DNA of 62,357 nucleotides, filler included, from Basidiobolus ranarum (lineage: Eukaryota): NCBI GenBank assembly GCA_040143965.1. It is 19 parts of 19 records of this genome, joined end to end, with 100 filler letters (N's around TTAATTAATTAA, not from the genome) between each part and the next. Parts side by side here need not be neighbours in the genome. Positions count along the whole stretch, not along the records: positions 52,626 to 55,803 come from JASJQH010002673.1; positions 55,904 to 59,081 come from JASJQH010002674.1; positions 59,182 to 62,357 come from JASJQH010002675.1; 16 more parts are not named here. One strand, given 5' to 3'. The position numbers were made by a program, and so were the translations under genes. The notes below the pieces were generated by a model, which worked only from the letters and a program-made list of their open reading frames with translations, was not told the origin of the DNA and made no database searches. Below are positions 53,105-62,357 of the stretch, in pieces. Positions within the stretch are counted from its first letter, which is position 1; each line of letters starts with the position of its first letter.

Positions 53105-53810
53105 TCTAGACGCTGGAGGGACATCTCAGGGACATTTCTAGGACACTTTTAGGACACTAGAGGGAAACCACGAAGACCAAAGTGAGTAATGTCAGATTTC
53201 CGCAAGACGATCTTGATGGGTCTATAATGTTAAACAAAAGATATAGTAGGCATCACCGAGTAAGAGCAAATGTAAAGTATTTCTTTCCATATACTGTCAA
53301 TTGCAGCTTAATATAACGGAAAGTACTCTGGCGATTGGTTGAATATGCTGGAAGAACATTTCAAAGACACTTTTAGGACACTAAGGGGAAACTAGAAGGA
53401 AGCTGGGAAGGAAAAAGTGATTAATGACAAATTTAAACAAGACGATCATAATGGACTTGAAATTTTAATCTAAGGATATAGTAGGCCGCACCGAGTGAGA
53501 GCGAAAGTAAAGTGCTTCTTTCCATATGCTGCCCAATGCAGCAACTTAATGTAACGAAAAATGACTCTGATTGTTACTAGTTGAATATGCTAGAAGGTCA
53601 TTTCAGAGACACTTTTAGGACACTAAGGGGAAACTAGAGGGAAGCTGAGAAGGGAAAAGTGATTAATGACAAATCTCAACATGACGATCTTGATGGGTCT
53701 GTAATGTTAAACATAGTAAGCAGTACCAAACAAAAGTGAATTGATGCTGCTTTCCATATGCTGCCAAAGGCAGCAACTGAATGTAACGAAAAGCGACTGT
53801 GGCTGTTACC
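53105..53810. repeat. Three diverged tandem units of about 224-242 bp
   Basis: GACACTTTTAGGACACTA at 53142, 53366, 53608 with shared downstream blocks. Confidence 0.85.
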
Positions 53811-55045
53811 TTTGGTTATTGGATGAACATTGGCTATCATTATATCATCTTCTTTGATATACTAGACCGTTGTTGTTGTAATTGTCTTCTCTTTGCAAGG
53901 AATTAAGTTGCTACTGGTCTGCTGCAAATAGCGTGCAAGTTACCAACTCACATTTGTATCTAGATCACAATAAACAAGGCGTGTGAAATTTTGAAACAGG
54001 TTTGAGTGATGTTTAGTCACTAAATATCACCAATAAAGAATTACCAGTTGTGATGAAAATTCATCAATATTTAATTATAGAATTTACCCAAAGAACTGAC
54101 AATTGGGGCTTGATACCTAAATATAGCAACACTCATCAAGCACACTCGAGAATGCGGAGTATTTGTCAGATTCCTAAAAATTTTCTTTTCTCAATAATAT
54201 TTGAATTGTTCTTATTGCATCTGACTGTGTAACAATTCATTACAATCTGAGCAGAAAATCTAAACATATTAGAGTGAAGAAATAACTGTACTAGACGCTG
54301 AATTGTTCAGAAATTAGGTCGGGATTTACGTAGCAAGAATGAGTATTTAGTAATATTGAGAATAATATCATTAATGACAAGTTGCTCCTTCAACAAGCCG
54401 CGGAAGATGGCTTTTTTGTCGTCATTACTCCTACAAACAGAAAGTTTCACAAGTAACTATACAATAAAATAATCTAAACAACTACGACTGTTACGATCAA
54501 GTACTATACTTTGTACTATTTATCTTTGTTGACCCTTTATTGTACGGGCTGGAATGCAACTAGAAGCGTATTATATTTGTATACATATTTTCTGATCAAG
54601 TATTTAGAAGTCATTAGTCATATCGTTTGTCAGCAGTTTACATCATATATTGTACGACTGAGCGGAGTGTCTAGTACTTGCATTAGTTGTGTTCACTCGG
54701 TTACTAAGCACTTTAATGAGTCAGCTAAACCCACCTATTTCATCGGAGCTGTTAAAATATGTTAAGTATTTAGATTTTAATGTTTATTTCATTGGTCATA
54801 ACTGTATTTCTCGGAATAATGAGGAAAGGTAAAATTTCAAACTCCTCCAACCCTCACCCTACTTTCTTACAATCCTTGCAATACATTGCGGTAGTTACTT
54901 TTCTTCATCTAAAGCTTTACTATACCCTATGGCCCCTCACTGAAGCCAAAATATTCAGCATCCTCAATAAATGGTAATATTTTGCTGACACGTATCGTGA
55001 CATATATTTGAATACCAGTTGCTGAAAGTACTGTATCATCTATTG

Positions 55046-55803
55046 AAGTGTTTTTGGGAGTTTGTTGAAAGTGATCTGGAGAACTAGAAAAATTGGTGGT
55101 TGTCTCTTGTTGCTTGATTGAGTGTAAAGTAGAGGTTATAGGTTTGTCAGATGATAAACAAAAAAACAGAATTGTTGTGTTAAAGAAGATCCCAGGAAAA
55201 TATGTGCAAAGTTTGGGGCTTCTAGCACAAGTTATCAAAATCTGTATATCTGAGAGTGCAACCTGCCATAACACAGTCTGCATGTTAGTATGATAACATC
55301 TTGACAAAAGTATAAATGTCAACTTGCTACTCAATCAATCAATTAGTGAAAACCACCAATTTCTCCAATTTGCCAAACTACTTCCAATAGGCTCCTAAAT
55401 ACTTTAACAGGTTATGAGCCCCAAGCTTGCACTTTCTGCAATGTCTACATCTCAAATTTGTGGAACTTTTCCCTCCTCTGAATAATTGGATGGAACCAAT
55501 TATCAACTTTGGAAAAATAAAATGAAAATGCTGCTGCAAGAAAAAAGCTTTGGGACACTGTTGAAGGAGAAGAAAACAGTACAAAACTATCTGAAACCAA
55601 AGTTTTACTCCAGGATAAAAAAGAACAAAGCAGCCTTAACACAATTTGTCTTAATGTCAATGACAAATTGCTATTTCTGTTAAAGCATTTGGGAGCCTGT
55701 TAGAAGTGGTTTTGGAGAATTTGAGAAATTGGTGGTTTTCACTTATTGATTTATTTGTTAAAGTATTTGGGAGCCTGTTGGAAGTGGTTTGGAGAATTAG
55801 AGG
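55046..55803. mobile_element. Cluster of nested LTR-A pieces; plus-strand LTR end at 55409, PBS GGTTATGAGCCC 55410-55421, gag start 55441
   Basis: LDGTNYQLWKNKMKMLLQEK gag motif; minus-strand LTR ends near 55046, 55678, 55756. Confidence 0.85.
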
Positions 55804-56324
55804 NNNNNNNNNNNNNNNNNNNNNNNNNNNNNNNNNNNNNNNNNNNNTTAATTAATTAANNNNNNNNNNNNNNNNNNNNNNNNNNNNNNNNNNNNNNNNN
55901 NNNGCAATGAATTATGGCATGACATTGCGGTGTTACTGTTTCGAAATTGATGAGTGTAATCAAGATTCATATCGAGTGAATTCTGTGATCTCCAATCTTA
56001 ACAGATACCATCAATTCCTTGCTTGTCACAATTGATGACTCGCAATATACCAAGAGAATGAGGTAAAATCGGTGACAACAGGTGCAAAAATACCCAGATA
56101 ATGCAAAAGTTAGAGTTGCTGTTTGCTCAGATTGGTTGGATTGTTTCAGTTCATGGAGATTAAAACGTTTCCTTGACTCGATGTTTACATTTAGTCGATT
56201 CTTGAACATTCCTGGGGCATTTATGCCTCTCGTGGAACACGTTATGTTCTTGATTGCATTCATTTGTATATAAAATAGTCACTGGCTCGTCCTGCACAAA
56301 CATAAATTTACTACCCGCTAAATA

Positions 56325-59081
56325 ATGCCCATCTTCCAACCTAACGATCTTAACACCCTTCTAGATTTACATGGCAAGCAGAATGGGATGAAAGTCGCTC
56401 TTATTTACACCGATGCCCAGGGTGAAGAACAGCAAATCACCTACAAGCAGTTCCGGGATTTGACCCTCTATAACAGCTTCCATTTATGGTCGAAGAATCA
56501 AATCCCGATTAAAGAAAACACTGTGGTAGGAATCTTAGCACCTAACTGTATTGAGTACTGTACCCTTGTATATTCCTTGATACGAGCACGAGCTGTATCC
56601 CTAAACTTGAGCACAAAGAATTCCTCTGATGGGTTGATTCACCTGCTGAAAGAAGGAAAGGCAAATGTCTTGGCAGTACATCCTCAATTCATTGAGATAG
56701 CCAAAGAAATCCGCAAAGCAATACCCGCTATTCAGGTATATCTTCTGACTGAGCATGAGTCTGATGAGTTTAACAGTATCCCGAACTTGAGCCCTAACAC
56801 CAATGAAGCCTTCCCGATAACCTCCGAGATGGAATCACTAGGAAAAGGCCGACCTACTGATCTAGATCGACGTATCATGTATATTCATACCTCTGGGAGC
56901 ACTCTCTTTCCAAAACTCATAACTCAGGGTAGCAAGCAGATTCTAACCGGTTTTAGGTACTGTGAGGCTTCTCAAAGAGAGTACGTCAACTCGGAGAGTA
57001 TTTGCTGTGCCTTCCTACCATTATTTCATATTTCTGGTAATATTTTCGACTTCTTGAGAATGATGTATCACGGTGCAACTTATGTAATTCCATCCTCACA
57101 TATGGGAACGTTCATTCCCACTGGTCATAACGTCATTAATACTATGAAAAGATATCAGCCAACTCATCTAATGCTTGTGCCATGGACGCTGGAACAACTT
57201 TATTTTATTGCTGAGGAGGATCCCACTGTGTATACTTTATTACAGAAGTTACGAGTGATAATGATTGGCGGCGCAGCAATCTCTGAACGTATTGCCAATA
57301 ACTTAGTCCAACAATCTGTCAACCTTGTAACCATGTATGGAATGACTGAAACTACTAGTTTAATCTTGGCTGCGAACTCCGATCCAGCTGACAAAAACTG
57401 GAATTTAATGACTCCATTTAACCCAGGCAAAACCTCTTTCGTATCAGTAGAAGGCTTTGAAGATGAAAAAGAGTTAATACTTTGTGCGAATGAGCCGGTG
57501 TTAGCTCCAGGATTAGTAATCAATCCAGAGACGAGGGCATTTCACACCGGAGATCTTTTCGTTGAGACTCCAGCTGGGTCTGGCAAGTGGATGTATAAGG
57601 GAAGATTTGATGATATTCTTATCCACAATGATGGTGAAAAAACTAGACCTCTGCCAATAGAAAAACAACTAATGTTCGATGGGAGAGGTGCATTTAATAA
57701 TGTAGCCATACTAGGTGCTGATAGATCAGGTACATGCTTATTTGTGGAGCCTTCTGGAGGTTACACTGAGAAAGCATCTCTTCAGCTTACTCGAGAATTG
57801 GTAGAGATTATAAATGGTCAGATCCCAAAGCACTCAAGGATTCGCAAGAATATGATTTACATCCTACCTCCAAACAGAACTCTCCCATGCACACCCAAGG
57901 GCAACATATCTCGTAAGAAGATAATAAAGGAGTATGAAAGAGAAATCAACGAATTGTTTGACCGAATTAATAGCAGACCCGACCAGTCACAACTGATAGA
58001 GATCAATGAACACTCCATCAAAGAATTTCTGCAAAAAGTCATTGCTGCCATCTTGGATAAACCTTGTGATCAATTTGCCGATCATTCCAAATCTCTAGTT
58101 GATATGGGAATGGACTCGATCGCAGCAATGGAGTTCCAAGGTAAAATTACCTCTCAAATACCGGAACTTAACCTTCCCTTCTCATCTATCTTTGACCATG
58201 CTACTATTGACGCACTTGGGTCCCACATATTCACTACCGCCAAGAAGAGCATCCTTGAGCCTAACAATATGTGTCAATTTCTGCAAACCAGCATTGCCAA
58301 TATCCTTGAGATGACTCCAGATACTTTCGACCACTTCACTGGCTCTTTGATTGACCTTGGAATGGACTCAATTGCCGCAATGGAGTTTCGAAATGTGATT
58401 ACCAAGAGGTTTAGTTTTCTGGATCTTCCGTACTCTTTTGTGTTTGAGCATCCAACTATCGACTCTCTCTCCACGTTTTTGATTGATCAAGCAGGGGAAT
58501 GTAAGTGTCAAGATGGGATCGACAAGAATGTTGAAGATCTAGATGAATACTTTGAAAGATTTGTCAACAAGTACACGATTAATGACATTGCATTACCTGA
58601 AAATCACCCAGCCAACGGATCCGATGGGATCAGTATATTAATGACGGGTGGATCGGGGTATTTGGGTGTTCATGTACTTGATGAACTTTTAGTGAATAGC
58701 AAGGTCAATCATATTTATTGTCTTATCCGAGGAAACAATGCTGAAGTGTGCCAGAGGAAGTTGATAGATGCTTTTGCTAGTTTCCATCTTAGCAAGCAGG
58801 CATTGTCAGTGCATAAGGACAAGCTCACAGTATTCCCTTGTGATCTGAGTGACACACATTTTGGTTTAAGTGAAGTAATTTATGAACACTTGAAGAAAAG
58901 CGTCACTCACATCTACCACGGAGCCTGGAGAATGGATTTTAACTCTAATCTTGAGGCATTTGAACCCACATGCCTACTACCAACACTAAACCTCGCTAAA
59001 TTTGCATTATCCGAGTTCGGTCCTAAGCAGTACATATTCATATCGAGTATAGGTGCTTGTGCTGCTGATACAAGGCCATTA
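56325..59081 (+). CDS. NRPS-like carboxylic-acid-reductase-type enzyme, A-T-T-R, 3'-truncated
   Basis: HTSGST..PK, LPLFH, YGMTE, FHTGDLF, GRFDD...GEK, TPKG (A domain); two GMDSIAAMEF (T domains); ILMTGGSGYLG, HGAWRMDF, FISSI (R domain). Confidence 0.93.
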
Positions 59082-59181
59082 NNNNNNNNNNNNNNNNNNN
59101 NNNNNNNNNNNNNNNNNNNNNNNNNTTAATTAATTAANNNNNNNNNNNNNNNNNNNNNNNNNNNNNNNNNNNNNNNNNNNN

Positions 59182-60674
59182 AAACATCTCAAAAAAGTAC
59201 ACACTTATTCACTTCTAAAAGAAACAAAAGCAGCAAAAGAAGTACTGAAGGTGCAGGTGGTTAGTAAACTCAAGGGAAAAGCAAAGGGGCCAGTGGGTTT
59301 AGGCTCTACTGTCCCACTCACCAAATTCTTCACACCATTGCAAAGACCTGCTTTTCAAGAGTCAGATATACTGGCAAAAAAGCTTAATTTCACCATGGAA
59401 CAAGGTACCCCAGTTGGAAGAGTGCTAAATTCAAAAGTTTAATCAAAACCTGGCACCTCTCAACAAGCAAAAACATCAGCAAATAAAACTCATGGCTCTC
59501 CAACCTCAATTTGTACACTTCAAAGTGTTGAAATATGCCCCAAAGGTAAAGGAAAGCAAAAAGCTACACAAACGCCTCAAAGTACCCTCAGTAGTGTCAC
59601 ACTACAAGGACACACAAAAATAGTCAAAGTGCTTGAGGAGAATTTCAAATGTTTAAAGAGAAAAACGTAGTGCAAATATGCAGAAAGTGGCTTCAGAAGA
59701 AGAACATTTAACTTGTCATATCAGTCTGGTGTTGACCATGCAGATATCTGGGCAGAACTTAATACAGAGTGGCAGATTATTGCTGGGTATCTGCCAAATA
59801 GCTGGAAGAATCTTGATTCAGCAACATTAATACAATGGTTGGCTTTGATGGAGATATTGATACAAACTTGTGTTGGGTATGAGCTAAACCTTGGGTATGA
59901 AGAACTCTATAAAAATCTTCAGGAGATTACATCAGAGACACTAGAGATTTTGAAGGTGACAAATTAGTGTTCAAGTGGTAATTGTGTAAAAATAAGTTAT
60001 GTTTATCAGACATGTGTTGATCCATAGTTCTCTGAGATTGTAGCCAATCATATGCAACTATTTTGCTACATCTTGAAATTTCACTGCTGCCACTGAAAAA
60101 ATTGATAAAAATCAAATCTGCTTGACAATACTATGATGGTGAGCAATTGGTCAACCACAAATGGAAAAAAATAGTGATGGTTTTCCTACAATAACAATCC
60201 TCAAATTTCTGTTAGCAAATACAGAGTGGCACAATATTCCAGGGTATCAGCCAGACAGCTGGAAGAATGTTGATTCAGCAATGTTATTACAATGGTGGGC
60301 TTTGATGGAGATATTGATACAAACTTGTGTTGAGTATGGGCCAAACCTTGGGTATGAAGGACTCTACAAAAATATTTTGGAGAAGATATTTAAGCGACTA
60401 GGAATTTTGAAGGTGATAAATTAGCATTCAAATGATAAATGTGTAAGATTTGAGGTACGTTGTTTACACATGCATTGATCCATAGTTCTCTGATATTGTA
60501 GCCAATTGTATGCAACTATTTTGCAAGATCTTGAAATTTCACTCCTGAAACTGAGAAAATTGATAAAACTGAATCTAACTTGATGATTGTATGACAATAT
60601 GTAAATGATCAATCCAAATGGATTAAAATTGTGACAGTTTTCCTACAATAACAATTCTCAAATTTCTCTCAGGG
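59182..60674 (-). mobile_element. Two CMC End A copies in series (termini near 60217 and 60674) carrying the 3' end of ORF2 on the + strand
   Basis: 59761-60217 repeats as 60218-60674; WKN.DSA.L.QW.ALMEILIQTCV in both. Confidence 0.8.
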
Positions 60675-60960
60675 TGAATATGACCACGCTTCTCCGTGGA
60701 CCCTAAAAAGGTTCAATCTGTTTTTTGTTGGGAAACTCCCAAGAGTATGAAGAATGTCCAATCTTTCTTTGGATTAGCAAACTTTTACCAACAGCTTGTC
60801 AAGAACTACTAAAAAATATCAGCTTGATTAACAAACCTTATAATGAAAGAACTCCCATTTGACTGGAACCCATCTTGCCAACAAGCAATTGCAAATTTGA
60901 AGAATTTGTTTATCTCAGCACCAATATGGGCACACCCCAAGAAGCCATTTATTGTTGAAA
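60675..60960 (+). mobile_element. Ty3/gypsy RT-RNase H connection fragment
   Basis: Manual translation DPKKVQSV..WETPKSMKNVQSFFGLANFY...FDWNPSCQQA..NLK....AP..AHP..PFIVE. Confidence 0.85.
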
Positions 60961-62357
60961 CCCTAACAGAAATTTGAGGATTGTTATTGTAGGAAAATTG
61001 TCACAATTTTAATCCATTTGGGATTGACCATTTACTTACCATCATAAAATTGTCAAGTTAGAATTGATTTTTGTGAATTTTTTCAGTTTCAGGAGTGAAA
61101 TTGCAAGATCTTGCAAAATAGTTGCACATGATTGGCTGCTATCTCAGAGAACTATGGATCAACACATGTGGAAAAAAATGTAACTCAAATTTTGCAAAAT
61201 TACCACTTGAACACTAATTTGTCATTTTCAAAATCCCTAGTCTGTGTGATATATTTTCATGAATATTGTTAAAGAGTTCTTTATACCCAAGGTTTAGCTC
61301 ATACCCAACCACTAACAGAAATTTGAGGATTGTTACTGTAGGAAAACCATCACAAATTTAATCCATTTGGGATTGCCCATTTACTCAACATCCAAAATTA
61401 GCATGTTATATTTAATTTTAATCAATTTTTTCAGTTTCAGGAGGGAAATTTGAATATATTGAAAAATAGTTGCACATGATTGGCTACAATCTTATCAAAC
61501 TATGGAATAACATATATGCAAAAAACATAACTCAAATTTCAGAGATTTTGCACCTGAATGCTAATTTGTCACCTTCAAAATTCCTAGTTTCTTTGATATA
61601 TTTCCTTAATATTTTTATAGAGTTCTTTGTACCCAACATTAAGCTCCTATCTAACACAAGTTTGTATCAATATCTCCATCAAAGCCCACCATTGTATTAA
61701 TGTTGCTGATTCAATATTCTTCCAGCTATCCCCTAACAGAAATAAAATTGATTTGATCTGGATTGGATCCACCCTCCAAAATAGCAAAACCATCAGAGAA
61801 CTGCCACAATATTGGTGGCATGCATTCTGCCAAGGATTTTGATGGTGCAATGGCAGTTTCTTGACTGTATTTTGATGGTATTCATACATGTTAAAATATT
61901 GATCCTCAAATTTGGCATGCATTATTCAACATCCCGCAATTTTTGCAAAAAAAGAATTTTCAAATGCAAATTACTGGTTTACTGCTGTAGTAATTTGAAT
62001 CAATATGCATGCCTTTATTTAGATATTGTAGGCTTTGTATTCCAGCCATAATGAAAATCAAAAAATACAAAAATCTTGTTTTGTTTAGTCTCTACATATG
62101 CACATACATGACTGATTAGACAAAACTAAACAACGTTAATATGCTTTACCAGCAAACTAACGGTGGAAAAATTGCTAAACATCTGAAACTTCAAATAGCA
62201 CTGACACTTGGCAAATAGCTGACTCTTGTTACTGTTCACAATGAGAATAAGCTCTTGGATTATGGCCAATTTCCATCAAGAATTCAGCCAATATATCCCT
62301 GACTTGCAGTCAACAAATGTCCTGCCACAAGTAGATGTGTCATTGCTTGAATAAATT
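60961..62357. mobile_element. Three nested CMC termini: End A 60961, End A 61310, End B 61731
   Basis: CCCTAACAGAAATTTG, CACTAACAGAAATTTG, CCCTAACAGAAATAAAA. Confidence 0.85.

Noticed and set aside
53484..53502. GCACCGAGT resembling a tracrRNA 3' hairpin
   Set aside because: Only a 9-nt match, the complementary arm is absent, it is missing from unit 3, and no Cas9/IscB/TnpB/Fanzor ORF is visible
56325..62357. Transposon-borne biosynthetic cluster around the A-T-T-R gene
   Set aside because: The flanking TE sequences are on other contigs, so linkage cannot be inferred

Overview
This window is not one locus. It is 19 unlinked contigs of about 3.2 kb, sorted by decreasing length (3200 to 3176 bp) and joined by artificial 100-bp spacers (44 N + TTAATTAATTAA + 44 N), so adjacency across spacers means nothing. 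The DNA is eukaryotic, AT-rich and has GT-AG introns. CotH, an NRPS-like reductase and fungal-type copia and chromovirus elements suggest an early-diverging fungus (inference). Roughly half of the sequence is nested, CpG-depleted transposon relics: two Ty1/copia families with a half-tRNA(iMet)-type PBS, Ty3/gypsy fragments (one with a chromodomain), a CMC/EnSpm (tnp2) DNA transposon with CCCTA/CACTA termini and a probable divergent second ORF, and a PIF-Harbinger/ISL2EU-like transposon with a MITE. Host genes, mostly cut by contig ends, are NOT2, cotH, an ABCG half-transporter, a broken PDR-type ABC exon, a claudin-like protein, RRP46, MIS18, a Ser/Thr-rich putative GPI protein, an intronless A-T-T-R carboxylic-acid-reductase-like enzyme, and a head-to-head pair of nearly identical unknown genes. 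All calls are from reading motifs by eye, no searches were run, and transposon boundaries are approximate.
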